Shown here piece by piece: positions 1-8,136 of a stretch of DNA of 33,663 bases. Source of the DNA: a virus (taxonomy: Duplodnaviria; Caudoviricetes). The stretch spans positions 1-33,663 of the IMG/VR virus record IMGVR_UViG_3300037424_001358; one strand, given 5' to 3'. The position numbers and the translations under genes are program-made. The number at the start of each line of letters is the position of its first letter. The first letter of the stretch is position 1. The notes beneath the pieces were generated by a model that searched no databases, was not told the origin of the DNA, and saw only the letters and a program-made list of their open reading frames with translations.

Positions 1-1
1 C

Positions 2-223
2 GAATGTGGTCTCTCCACCGCGAAGGACGCTCTCGACACACAGTATAAGAGCGACCTTCTCGAGTGGATCGTCGACGCAATCGAACACCTGCTAGGGCAG
101 GAGGACGAACCCGGCCTTCAGGTCGAAGAAGACGAACACGCCACAGGCTGCCTCTGCGACCAGTGCACCTGCGCTGGCTGCGGAGAGCGGAAGCACGCAG
201 GTCGTTGCCGGAGGCGCGGATGA
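2..223 (+). CDS. Hypothetical protein, 5'-partial, with Cys/His-rich C-terminus
   Basis: Frame 2 is open from the window edge (ECGLSTAK...GCLCDQCTCAGCGERKHAGRC...). Its TGA overlaps the next ATG (ATGA at 220-223). Not in the ORF track. Confidence 0.7.
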   Translation, partial: ECGLSTAKDALDTQYKSDLLEWIVDAIEHLLGQEDEPGLQVEEDEHATGCLCDQCTCAGCGERKHAGRCRRRG

Positions 224-546
224 TCATCACGATTGAAGGAGACGCCAATACGAGAGACCTAGAGCAGGCTGTCGATCTCCTCCGCGTGATGTGGCGGTCG
301 GAGATCCATGACGGCCTGATTGAAGTTCAAGGACACCCTTCCGACGTTCAAGACATCCTGACCGAGCTCCACATGGTTGTGGACCCGGGCGAATACGGTC
401 TGGGCTCCGAGGAAGAGAGCATCACGCATCAGTCTCTCGACGGAAACGAAGACTACCCAGAAATCGAAGAGTACCTCGAGACGGAAAAGAAAGCCTGGGA
501 ACGGGCCGGAAAGCTCGTTGAGAGGCTGATGGAGCTCCTAGGCTAA
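220..546 (+). CDS. Hypothetical acidic protein
   Basis: GGAGG precedes ATG 220; ATGA coupling. The track's longer start at 64 overlaps the upstream gene. Confidence 0.75.
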   Translation: MIITIEGDANTRDLEQAVDLLRVMWRSEIHDGLIEVQGHPSDVQDILTELHMVVDPGEYGLGSEEESITHQSLDGNEDYPEIEEYLETEKKAWERAGKLVERLMELLG

Positions 547-573
547 AAGAGCGCTGAAGCGCAGGAGGTCTGA

Positions 574-846
574 ATGACCCCATGGGTTGTACGAGTCGTC
601 CTCCAACGAGGAGGCGACCTGATTCCGTTCGGACCCGACGACAAGCTCATGAACACGACGTTCCTCGAGTGTCTGAGCTACGCGGGAATACTTCGGATCC
701 ATCGCTCCGACGAAAGCGGCATGTGCTTCGATCTGGCCTGCCCTGATCCCCAGATGGACTCTCGGATCTGGGCAACTGCAAATGCGAACCGCATGCAGTC
801 GTACGGGTACAACGCTGTTCCAGCTCCTGCCTTTTCTAAGAGCTGA
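574..846 (+). CDS. Hypothetical protein
   Basis: AGGAGG RBS; fits the gene packing. Confidence 0.75.
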   Translation: MTPWVVRVVLQRGGDLIPFGPDDKLMNTTFLECLSYAGILRIHRSDESGMCFDLACPDPQMDSRIWATANANRMQSYGYNAVPAPAFSKS

Positions 847-858
847 GAAAGGAAGAAG

Positions 859-1161
859 ATGAACGAAACGAAAGACGCAGCCTTCTGGCAGGCAGAGCAG
901 AAGAAGCGGCACAATTCAGACACCCTCCCGATCGGCTTCCCCGGGCAGCTCCTCGACTGGAACATCTACGAATGCCTCATGATTCTCCAGTTCAAGGGGA
1001 AGAAGAACGTCGTACGGAACGCGTTTGAAGAAATCGCGTCTCCCCTCCGACACTCGGACATCCTGCTCGTGCGGGTCTGGCTTCAACTGAACCCCGAAAC
1101 GCAGGACCTGCTCCAGCAAGCGGCGAAGCTCCTTCGGACGAAGCCCGATGAGAACGCTTGA
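859..1161 (+). CDS. Hypothetical protein
   Basis: AAGGAAG RBS; packed with neighbours. Confidence 0.7.
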   Translation: MNETKDAAFWQAEQKKRHNSDTLPIGFPGQLLDWNIYECLMILQFKGKKNVVRNAFEEIASPLRHSDILLVRVWLQLNPETQDLLQQAAKLLRTKPDENA

Positions 1162-1426
1162 CCGCCGACGGACCGATTGGCAGGGGCGCGTTCTCCGGGC
1201 GACCTACCCCGCTCGCGCAGCAGCCCGAGAATCGTTCGAAGACTTCCTCTCCGACTTCCCTTGCAACGTGATCGGACATCGATGGGTTGAAGTTCCGAAA
1301 GTGCTCCGGCGAAGCCTCTACCACGGGCGCATGCGTGAAGGAAAGCGCATGCGCTTCAAGTGCTCCCGTTGTTTCATGGTCGCAGGGTTTTCCAACCTGC
1401 CCCCGGAAGGATCGGAGGACGAATGA
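1148..1426 (+). CDS. Hypothetical protein, possible Zn-binding (CxxxGHxW...CxxC)
   Basis: Short overlaps with both neighbours; CNVIGHRW and CSRC motifs. Confidence 0.65.
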   Translation: MRTLDRRRTDWQGRVLRATYPARAAARESFEDFLSDFPCNVIGHRWVEVPKVLRRSLYHGRMREGKRMRFKCSRCFMVAGFSNLPPEGSEDE

Positions 1427-1608
1427 GGGTCATAGCCGTTGACAATTTCGGTCGAGACAACGTAAATGACATCTTGGTCCTCGATAACCTTAGCGACGAC
1501 GAAGCGAACAGCATAGCTCATCACTTGAACGATCGGGAAGGTGACTACGGCCATCTCTTCTACAAGGCTGTTCCTGACGACTACATCTTACGAAGGTGGG
1601 AGCCATGA
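1423..1608 (+). CDS. Hypothetical protein
   Basis: GGAGG then ATG 1423 (MRVIAVDNFGR); ATGA coupling at both ends. Confidence 0.75.
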   Translation: MRVIAVDNFGRDNVNDILVLDNLSDDEANSIAHHLNDREGDYGHLFYKAVPDDYILRRWEP

Positions 1609-1886
1609 GCTATACGATCCGCTACGATCAGAGCACTCGTGCAGAGCGCGAAGCGGCAGCGATTCAGGATGCGCGGGAGTGGCTCTCAACCGTTCCACGG
1701 TTTCGTAAAGTCATGAAAGCTCTCCACGAGATGTGGAGAGCTCCGGGAAGCGCGAAGCATCGCGTACGCGGAATGTACCTCGTGCTCGAATTCGCCGGGA
1801 TTCGAGGGCTTCCAGCGAAAGCGCTTATTCGACGAACTCTCCAACTGGAGAAAGAGGAAGGAGAACGCAACATAGGAACGCTTTAA
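1605..1886 (+). CDS. Hypothetical protein
   Basis: GGGAG then ATG 1605, coupled to the upstream stop. Confidence 0.7.
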   Translation: MSYTIRYDQSTRAEREAAAIQDAREWLSTVPRFRKVMKALHEMWRAPGSAKHRVRGMYLVLEFAGIRGLPAKALIRRTLQLEKEEGERNIGTL

Positions 1887-1949
1887 GAGCGCGCGCCGGT
1901 CGACGGAAGGGGCTCCTCTTCTCGAGGACCTTCTCCGTGGACTGGGAGG

Positions 1950-2153
1950 ATGAAAATGCCCGAAGAAACGCGCGAAGAGATGCTCCGACGGTGGGAGGCT
2001 GAAGGCCTCTGCGATCCGACGTGCTCAGGCTGCGCGATCTACTACGAGACGCCGGACAAGCGTCCGAGCCAGATCATGCACCCACACCACGTTCCGTCGA
2101 AGAGCTGCGAGAGCGGGAAGCATCCACACTGTACATGCGACACGTGTTGGTAG
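1950..2153 (+). CDS. Small Cys/His-rich (Zn-finger-like) protein
   Basis: GGGAGG RBS; CDPTCSGC...H...C....HPHCTCDTCW. Confidence 0.7.
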   Translation: MKMPEETREEMLRRWEAEGLCDPTCSGCAIYYETPDKRPSQIMHPHHVPSKSCESGKHPHCTCDTCW

Positions 2154-2167
2154 GAGAAGGAGGAAAG

Positions 2168-2332
2168 ATGAAGAAAGTCTTAAAGAGAGTCGTTCGAGAG
2201 TTCTTCTGGGGAGTCGACCTCCTCACGATGATCGTAGGAATCCTCCTCATGATCCCAGTCTTCATCCTTCTCTCCCCGTGCATCTCGTACGACTGGCTTC
2301 GCGAGTGGAGCCAGAGGGAGGAGAAGGAATGA
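2168..2332 (+). CDS. Small membrane protein
   Basis: GGAGG RBS; one hydrophobic stretch LLTMIVGILLMIPVFILL. Confidence 0.65.
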   Translation: MKKVLKRVVREFFWGVDLLTMIVGILLMIPVFILLSPCISYDWLREWSQREEKE

Positions 2333-2727
2333 AGTGGTTCGAGCATAAAGACGTGCTGTCGTACATCATCGACTCCTACGCTGGAGTCGATGGGCGCAAG
2401 CGTCAGTTCATCTGGGAGGAGAAAGGAGAGATTCTGATCGGGAACTCGCGAGCCTTCACCGACCATCTGAATGAGAAGTTCGACCTGCACAGGACCAACA
2501 CTTCGTGGGTCGCTCTCCATGCAGTGCTCCGAGCTCTCGGAGAGGTCGTAAACGGATACACCCCGCGCTCGCACGTTCGCGGAGGGAAGTTCAAGAATCA
2601 GGAGCCGGAAGTTCACGTCCTGAAGGTCCTGGTGGAGCGCGAGCCGCGCTGCATGCAGTGCAGAAAGCCTGCTCCGGAGGGGCGTTGTCCGTTCGGTCTC
2701 TGCTCGAACTGCTGTGAGTGTCACTAG
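2329..2727 (+). CDS. Hypothetical protein with C-terminal Cys cluster
   Basis: GGAG RBS, ATGA coupling; CMQC...CPFGLCSNCCECH. Confidence 0.7.
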   Translation: MKWFEHKDVLSYIIDSYAGVDGRKRQFIWEEKGEILIGNSRAFTDHLNEKFDLHRTNTSWVALHAVLRALGEVVNGYTPRSHVRGGKFKNQEPEVHVLKVLVEREPRCMQCRKPAPEGRCPFGLCSNCCECH

Positions 2728-2745
2728 GAAGGGGAAAGGGAACCG

Positions 2746-3081
2746 ATGCCTGAAGAAGAAGAAGTCATCCCGGAAGACGTTCGCAAAGCTCTGGAGAAGC
2801 TCACGGAGCGGATCGACTCGAACAGAGCCACAATCGAAGCTCTGTTCAAGAACAAGGACGACAGCGAAACTGCTGTTCAGGTCGTTCAGTGCCTCTTCGA
2901 AGAAGTCCAGCTCTTCCTCGAGGCATCGAAGCTTCGCCCGTGTGAGCACCTGAAGTGCTTCCACGCTGCGGCGGTTCTCGCATCGAAGCAGATGGCTCGA
3001 ACGTGTATTGAGATCCAGACGATCTCGATGGTCGAGTTCATAGTCGCGGCAGGAGGGGCGAAGCGGCAGAAGCCCCAGTAG
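2746..3081 (+). CDS. Hypothetical protein
   Basis: Purine-rich RBS; packing. Confidence 0.7.
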   Translation: MPEEEEVIPEDVRKALEKLTERIDSNRATIEALFKNKDDSETAVQVVQCLFEEVQLFLEASKLRPCEHLKCFHAAAVLASKQMARTCIEIQTISMVEFIVAAGGAKRQKPQ

Positions 3082-3091
3082 GAGGGAGAAG

Positions 3092-3274
3092 ATGTCCGAA
3101 GAAAGATTGAAGGAGCGACTCGAACGCCTCGAGAGGAACGAAGACGCGCGAGGAGGATGCTTCTTCTTCTCCGCCATTCTCTTCGCGATCGTTGCAGTGG
3201 TGGCGAAGGAAATCTACAACGTGAACCTCTTCGAAGTTGCTCGACTCGCCCTCCGCGATTGGCTTCTCCGATGA
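3092..3274 (+). CDS. Small membrane protein
   Basis: GGAGG RBS; hydrophobic FFFSAILFAIVAVVA. Confidence 0.65.
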   Translation: MSEERLKERLERLERNEDARGGCFFFSAILFAIVAVVAKEIYNVNLFEVARLALRDWLLR

Positions 3275-3474
3275 TCATCGGGACGAAGTGCCCAGAATGC
3301 GGCTCGGTCAAGCAGCTCACACTTAACTCCAACGCTTTCGAAGCCTGGACAGAAGGAGCGCACGTACAAGACTGCTTCCCGAAGCTCAGCGAGGACGATC
3401 GTGAACGTCTGATCTCAGGCTACTGCGGAGCATGTTGGAAGAAGATCTGGGGAGAGGAGGAAGAAGAGGAATGA
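3271..3474 (+). CDS. Small Zn-ribbon protein
   Basis: ATGA coupling; CPEC...CGAC pairs. Confidence 0.75.
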   Translation: MIIGTKCPECGSVKQLTLNSNAFEAWTEGAHVQDCFPKLSEDDRERLISGYCGACWKKIWGEEEEEE

Positions 3475-3725
3475 AGGAAGAAGTTCGGACGAAGCCGTTT
3501 CACTGGATCGAGGCAGAGCTCGAAATTCTTGTGACTTCAGGAGAGCCTCTCGCATACCGTCTACTCGCAGACCGCCTACTCGAATACGTTGCCGAGTCAA
3601 ACCACCAAGGGTGGGAAGGGTTCTCGAGGCGCGACCTGACCGGAGTCAGGCGGTTCCTCGAGGACTTTATCACTTTCGTCAAGTTCTACGAAGAAGCTCC
3701 GAAGGAGAAGGAGAAGAAAGTATGA
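3471..3725 (+). CDS. Hypothetical protein
   Basis: GAGG RBS, ATGA coupling. Confidence 0.7.
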   Translation: MKEEVRTKPFHWIEAELEILVTSGEPLAYRLLADRLLEYVAESNHQGWEGFSRRDLTGVRRFLEDFITFVKFYEEAPKEKEKKV

Positions 3726-4015
3726 ACGCTGAAGAAGGAAAGGTCGCGTTTCCCTACGCGACGCTCGCAGAAGCAACGAAGGACAAGTTCGCAAAGATCG
3801 GAGGACCAGCGGAAGCGTTCCGCTTCCTCGTCAAGGGCTACAAGAGCATCCTGTGGCGCAAACGCGCTGAAGCGAACGCGAAGCAGCTGCAGGATGCAGA
3901 GGACGCCGCGTTCGCAGAAGAAAACGCTCCGAAGCCGCTGCGCGTAGCCCCGCAGGCAAAGCCTGTGCTGCCTGCCCCTGCTCCGAAGAAGAAGACAGCT
4001 GCGCTCCGCCCGTAA
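3722..4015 (+). CDS. Hypothetical protein with Ala/Pro/Lys-rich tail
   Basis: AAGGAG RBS, ATGA coupling. Confidence 0.7.
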   Translation: MNAEEGKVAFPYATLAEATKDKFAKIGGPAEAFRFLVKGYKSILWRKRAEANAKQLQDAEDAAFAEENAPKPLRVAPQAKPVLPAPAPKKKTAALRP

Positions 4016-4047
4016 AAGACGTTCTTGAGAAGAAAGGAAGGTCCTGA

Positions 4048-4419
4048 ATGGAAGTCAAGTTGTTCGAGGTTCGCGATCGCGCGACCTTCATTCCGTGCTT
4101 CGGGATTCTGATGGCTCCGGAGGAGAACATCGCGTACGGTCCCGAAATTCCTGAAGACATTCTCCAAGCCGAAGAGTATCTCCTCCGACGAGGCGGCTTC
4201 AGCTTCGAGAATCCTCTCGTGACATTCGGGCGTCTTGACGGAGGATCGAGTCAGTACGACCCGTACTCCTGGGGGGGAAGCAGAACGATGACCGTGGCTC
4301 ACGCCTACATCACAGAGCACTGGGCTGAGCTTCGCTCCGGCTCTGTCGTCGACGTGGAATTCATCCGGGGAGAAACCCTCTCGCAGAAGCTCTCCGAACG
4401 TGTCACGCGTTTCGCGTAA
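4048..4419 (+). CDS. Hypothetical protein
   Basis: AAGGAAGG RBS; globular-looking 123 aa. Confidence 0.8.
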   Translation: MEVKLFEVRDRATFIPCFGILMAPEENIAYGPEIPEDILQAEEYLLRRGGFSFENPLVTFGRLDGGSSQYDPYSWGGSRTMTVAHAYITEHWAELRSGSVVDVEFIRGETLSQKLSERVTRFA

Positions 4420-4438
4420 GCGTTCCGAAGGCTCCAAA

Positions 4439-4807
4439 ATGAAAACACCTCAATGGGAGGAGGACAAAGAGATTCAGCGGATTCTCCAGATTGCGATCCG
4501 TACAGAAGAGCTGACCGTCCGGGAGTTCGCCGAAGATCGAATGGACGAGCTCATTGGTGGGCTTCTCCTCCACGCGATTGTCTACATCAGAGCAACGATC
4601 AAGCTTTCCGTTCCAGAGCAGCAGGCGCTCATTCGAACGTTGAACGGAATTGCAGAAGCCTGCGAGGATCAGACAGATCCGATTGTCCTCGCAATCGCAC
4701 AAGGGGATCCTGTCCGCTTGCTCCACGTGATGAACGCCGTTGCTCAAGCGGATCGACGAGTCGATCAGCTAATTCAAGAAGTAGGAAAGGAAAAAGAAAA
4801 GCCATGA
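4439..4807 (+). CDS. Hypothetical helical protein
   Basis: ATG 4439 follows the upstream stop; coupled to the next gene. Confidence 0.7.
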   Translation: MKTPQWEEDKEIQRILQIAIRTEELTVREFAEDRMDELIGGLLLHAIVYIRATIKLSVPEQQALIRTLNGIAEACEDQTDPIVLAIAQGDPVRLLHVMNAVAQADRRVDQLIQEVGKEKEKP

Positions 4808-5130
4808 GAATCATCGCAACGGACGAGCAAGTCCTGCAGATGTGCGTTCTCGCCGTGACAGCGAGCTCTCCCGTAGGAATGGGAGTTCTCCACTACCAGC
4901 CGAACATCGAGTTCAAGCCGGAGGACTTCGCCGCGCTCCTGAAAGACGGCTCCGCGGGGGTCTTCCTCGACTACGTTCAGGGTCGGATGGTCAAGCTTCG
5001 GATGTGGCGAAGGGAGAAGGGAGCCTGGGACGTTCCCGACACGATCAGCTCAGCGTATGAGTCCTGGATCCACACGTACCCCACGTATCGTGAGCTTGCG
5101 CTGGCCGCAGGAGCGAAGCTCGAAGAGTAG
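4804..5130 (+). CDS. Hypothetical protein
   Basis: ATGA coupling; MRIIATDEQV start. Confidence 0.75.
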   Translation: MRIIATDEQVLQMCVLAVTASSPVGMGVLHYQPNIEFKPEDFAALLKDGSAGVFLDYVQGRMVKLRMWRREKGAWDVPDTISSAYESWIHTYPTYRELALAAGAKLEE

Positions 5131-5148
5131 AGAAGGAGAGAAGGCCTT

Positions 5149-5523
5149 ATGAAGAAGCTCGAAGTCTCCGAAAAAGTCGGACTCGGATGTTGTCTCCCCT
5201 TCGTGCTCTGCGGGGCTCTACTCATGTCCTACGCTGCGCGAGAAGGGAGCCTCTACGACGACAGTGTCGAAAGCGCTTCAAGTCGTGAGAAGCGCCTCCG
5301 CGCGAGAGAAGCTCACGAAGCACCTCCGGAAGTCTTCCTCAAAAACTGTGGTCGAGCAGTAGGCCAGCCTCTCAACACGAATCCGCATGCCGACGGCTCC
5401 TTTCGAATCCACTGGTCGAATGAGGCTGATGGTCTCGTCGTGACAGACGAAGTCTTCAGCTGCGGCTTCGTCGGGTGGAAGAGTGGACGTGTTCGTTGGG
5501 CTCGACGCGGAACTCCTCGGTGA
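5149..5523 (+). CDS. Hypothetical protein with N-terminal hydrophobic segment
   Basis: AAGGAG RBS. Confidence 0.65.
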   Translation: MKKLEVSEKVGLGCCLPFVLCGALLMSYAAREGSLYDDSVESASSREKRLRAREAHEAPPEVFLKNCGRAVGQPLNTNPHADGSFRIHWSNEADGLVVTDEVFSCGFVGWKSGRVRWARRGTPR

Positions 5524-5579
5524 AGCATGACTGCATGCAGCTGAAGAAGATTCTCGGGAAAGGCTGAAGAGGAGAAAGT

Positions 5580-6056
5580 ATGAAGACGTATGAAGAGAAA
5601 GTTCCAGAAGAAGTGCGCCAAGCAATTGCGGTTGCGACGCAGGTGTGCCGGGAAGAGCCCAAGCGCGGGTATCTTCCCTATGCGTTGTCCTACTTGGAGA
5701 AGGTCCCCGAGGTCGCGAGAAGGTATGAAGGGGAAGAAGAAGTCAAGACGCAGATTCTCTACGCCCTGAACAACCTTGCTGCTTGGCGGGGGCCAGCCGC
5801 GCGGGAAGTGAAGCATCTGCTCCAGAAGTACGCAGTCAAGGGGCTCTGCCTCCTGAGCTCCTTCACGCTTCTTGCAGGCTGCACGACAAACGTCGACAAG
5901 GCAAAGCCTTCCACGGAAGCTCTGGGCTCACGGTTCGTGTTGGAAGCCCAAGCCTCGGTTGAAGGGTACGGAGTCTTCGTGCTCCGGGACAAGGTCACTG
6001 GGAAGCTGGTCTATCTCACCCCAGGATCCGGGGTTGACGTTCAGGAGGAGGATTAG
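5580..6056 (+). CDS. Hypothetical protein with internal lipobox-like LLAGC
   Basis: GAGGAG RBS; mid-protein hydrophobic run ending in LAGC. Confidence 0.7.
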   Translation: MKTYEEKVPEEVRQAIAVATQVCREEPKRGYLPYALSYLEKVPEVARRYEGEEEVKTQILYALNNLAAWRGPAAREVKHLLQKYAVKGLCLLSSFTLLAGCTTNVDKAKPSTEALGSRFVLEAQASVEGYGVFVLRDKVTGKLVYLTPGSGVDVQEED

Positions 6057-6061
6057 AAGAA

Positions 6062-6283
6062 GTGCGCTTTACACGATGGCTAGAAGACCGAGGACTCTTC
6101 CACCGAAACTGCATCTACAAAAGGCTCTATCTAAGAGCTATCGAAGCAGCGGCTCCACTTCAAACAGGAGGTCGGCTCTCGCATCTCCTCTTAGTCGGAG
6201 ACTCCACCGTGATCGACGGACTTAAGGCGTTGATCGAGGAAGTTGAGCGTCTAACGGGTGAAGTTGAACGGAGGAAAGGATGA
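6062..6283 (+). CDS. Hypothetical protein
   Basis: GGAGG upstream of GTG; coupled to the next gene. Confidence 0.55.
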   Translation: MRFTRWLEDRGLFHRNCIYKRLYLRAIEAAAPLQTGGRLSHLLLVGDSTVIDGLKALIEEVERLTGEVERRKG

Positions 6284-6429
6284 GAACCCACTGGCTGAAC
6301 ACTCTCGGTGATCTAGTCGGCAGGTTTCTCCTCTGGATGGAAGACTCAGGAGAGTGGCTCGGCGAGCACCTAGACCGGGCTCGCGAAAAGCGCGAAGCTC
6401 GAAGGGAGCGCGAAAGAAGAGATCAGTAG
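6280..6429 (+). CDS. Small hypothetical protein (49 aa)
   Basis: GGAGG RBS, ATGA coupling; MRTHWLNTLGDLVGRFLLWME...; not in the ORF track. Confidence 0.55.
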   Translation: MRTHWLNTLGDLVGRFLLWMEDSGEWLGEHLDRAREKREARRERERRDQ

Positions 6430-6464
6430 GAGCTCCCTTCGCGCTCCCGTGCCGCGCTCGTGCC

Positions 6465-6545
6465 CTACTTGTCGATGATGATCTCCGGCGGGGACAGTCT
6501 CCACGGCATGAACACGAGGAAGAACCCTAGCACAGTTTCGAGCAT
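6465..6545 (-). CDS. 26-aa hydrophobic peptide MLETVLGFFLVFMPWRLSPPEIIIDK
   Basis: Strong AAGGAG RBS on the minus strand; lies downstream of the leftward gene. Confidence 0.45.
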   Translation of the reverse strand: MLETVLGFFLVFMPWRLSPPEIIIDK

Positions 6546-6684
6546 GCTCTTTCTCCTTCTTCAGAAAACAGCTGGAACAGCTGGAAGCTGGCGGTGCTCT
6601 CCCGCCTGTCACGTCTTGTTCACTACCCGGCGGCCATCTCCAGGATCGTGGGGTCGACGTTCACCCCCGCGGCGCGAAGCGCGC

Positions 6685-7005
6685 CTACGTCAGTCCGAGC
6701 TCCTTCGCCCGCTCGAGGAGAGCCTTCTGCCGGAGGTAGCGCTCCTTCCGGTACTCGGTCATCTTGGCCTTGGTCTCGGGGCGCTCCCGGTACTCCTTCA
6801 TCTTCTCCTTGACCTCGGGCTTCTGCATCCGGGCCTTGTTGTACGCCGTGCGCTTGGCCTTCTGCTCCGGCGTGAGCTCGCCCGTGGGCTTGTGGTACTG
6901 CTTCTGCTTCTCCTTCTGCGCCTGCAGCTTTGCGAGCTGTGCACGGACTTCGTCGGCGCTCAGCGCGCTGACCTGCTCACGGATCCGGTCGAGAATGCTC
7001 GTCAT
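6685..7005 (-). CDS. Basic/charged helical protein, possible nucleic-acid binder
   Basis: Own leftward promoter, AAGGGAG RBS before MTSILD, strongly G/C-ending codons, K/R/E/Q-rich. Confidence 0.85.
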   Translation of the reverse strand: MTSILDRIREQVSALSADEVRAQLAKLQAQKEKQKQYHKPTGELTPEQKAKRTAYNKARMQKPEVKEKMKEYRERPETKAKMTEYRKERYLRQKALLERAKELGLT

Positions 7006-7070
7006 TTCGTCTTCTCCCTTGGTTCGTTCCATCCGTACATTCGGATGAACGTTTCATCAATGCTATCCAT

Positions 7071-7099
7071 ATAATAGTGCAGAGTGCAGAAGAAATCAA
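7071..7099 (-). promoter_or_regulatory. Leftward sigma70-type promoter
   Basis: TTGATT (7099-7094), 17 nt, TATTAT (7076-7071). Confidence 0.8.
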
Positions 7100-7192
7100 T
7101 GGACGCCTTCGATTTTTTTAAGGACGCCTTTTTTAACGTCCATGGACGCCTTTGAAAATAAGGACGCCCTAAAAGCAAAAGGCGTCCATTGA
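7096..7192. repeat. Five GGACGCC boxes (four direct, one inverted) in AT-rich DNA
   Basis: GGACGCC at 7101, 7122, 7144 and 7162; GGCGTCC at 7181. The outer copies form a perfect 14-bp inverted repeat (7096-7109 / 7179-7192). Confidence 0.9.
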
Positions 7193-7217
7193 CTTTGCCA
7201 TCAATGTAAGGTATAAT
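7189..7217 (+). promoter_or_regulatory. Rightward sigma70-type promoter
   Basis: TTGACT (7189-7194), 17 nt, TATAAT (7212-7217). Confidence 0.9.
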
Positions 7218-7241
7218 TACGTCATCCTGAGGGTGTAGCGG

Positions 7242-7661
7242 ATGCACATATACGAGCCGAGCACGGAACAGAAAGCGGAGTGGGCAGAATGGCTTTCCAC
7301 GAGACCCGAGCAGATCAAGAAGCTCGCGGAACGCTTCAACCCCTGGACGCTATACCGGATGAAGTCGACCGGGCATCGAGTCACGCTCGAATCGTTTGAC
7401 GAAGAGCATAACGGAACAGTCTCGATGACCGTTGCAGTGACAGGACAATTCAACCAGGTCGCCTTCGACCGATGCGTCTTCGGTGTGAAAGTAGAGGACC
7501 TTGAAGAGTGCGATCTTCCGACCGGACCTGTAGGAACAGCACTCACACAGGAGCAGGTGGATGAGAATCTAGACGTGCTTCGAGTGCTCGCGCGTCCAGA
7601 CTTATGGGCTCTAGACCCTGCAGGTAAGGCAAAGTGGATCGGACCTGAAAGGGTGATGTAG
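7242..7661 (+). CDS. Hypothetical protein, first gene of the rightward transcript
   Basis: GAGGG RBS just downstream of the promoter. Confidence 0.8.
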   Translation: MHIYEPSTEQKAEWAEWLSTRPEQIKKLAERFNPWTLYRMKSTGHRVTLESFDEEHNGTVSMTVAVTGQFNQVAFDRCVFGVKVEDLEECDLPTGPVGTALTQEQVDENLDVLRVLARPDLWALDPAGKAKWIGPERVM

Positions 7662-7664
7662 CAA

Positions 7665-7934
7665 GTGGCTAAGCGGAAACCAATTCCTCCTGACGGTCCG
7701 ATTCCGAAGCTCAGCGCTGCTGTGCAAGACTACTTCTTCGGCACGGGCGTTCCGGAGTCAGAACGACTCCTTCGGCTTCATCGTCTCGTTCAGCAATATT
7801 TTCTCCGCTGCAAGGCGGGGAAGTCACGATTCATCGCGTTCGTCGCTCGGGACACAGTTGACAAGTTGAGGCCCGCAGAAATCGAGCGGCTCAAGGAGGA
7901 GTTGCGCGAGGAGGAAGAGCTCGCCGGACACTGA
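7665..7934 (+). CDS. Hypothetical protein
   Basis: GTG start right after the upstream stop; its 3' end overlaps RNA unit 1. Confidence 0.7.
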   Translation: MAKRKPIPPDGPIPKLSAAVQDYFFGTGVPESERLLRLHRLVQQYFLRCKAGKSRFIAFVARDTVDKLRPAEIERLKEELREEEELAGH

Positions 7935-7991
7935 CTGGAGTACATGCTTTCTTGAAGCAAAGCGACGTTCTCTCCAGTCGATTTTCCGGCG
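7922..7991 (+). ncRNA. Y RNA-like unit 1 (short, no tRNA-like domain)
   Basis: CGCCGGA/TCCGGCG outer stem, CACT/GATTT internal loop, GACTGGAG/CTCCAGTC inner stem, TACA-TGC..GCA hairpin. Confidence 0.7.
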
Positions 7992-8001
7992 TTTGAGAGT
8001 T

Positions 8002-8125
8002 CGGCTGACACTGAAAAGCTTACATGCCTTGGGGGCAAGAGGTCGTGGGTTCGAATCCCATCGGGCCTTCGGGCCCGTAGCTCAGCGGTAGAGCGCTTTT
8101 CGTAGAGCTTTTCGATTTTCAGCCG
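8002..8125 (+). ncRNA. Y RNA-like unit 2 with circularly permuted tRNA-Pro(UGG)-like domain
   Basis: Same scaffold (CGGCTGA/TCAGCCG; GAAAAGCT/AGCTTTTC). T arm GTGGG-TTCGAAT-CCCAT precedes a UUCG-capped acceptor-like stem and the D arm TAGCTCAGCGGTAGAGC. Confidence 0.9.
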
Positions 8126-8136
8126 TTTTGAGAATT

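Noticed and set aside
2074-3177. 367-aa minus-strand ORF and other long antisense ORFs (11932-12957, 14712-15647, 31933-32670)
   Set aside because: Shadows of well-packed genes on the opposite strand; no motifs or RBS.
6623-6684. Protein-like minus-strand frame ALRAAGVNVDPTILEMAAG after the leftward gene (possible frameshift extension)
   Set aside because: No slippery sequence or convincing start.
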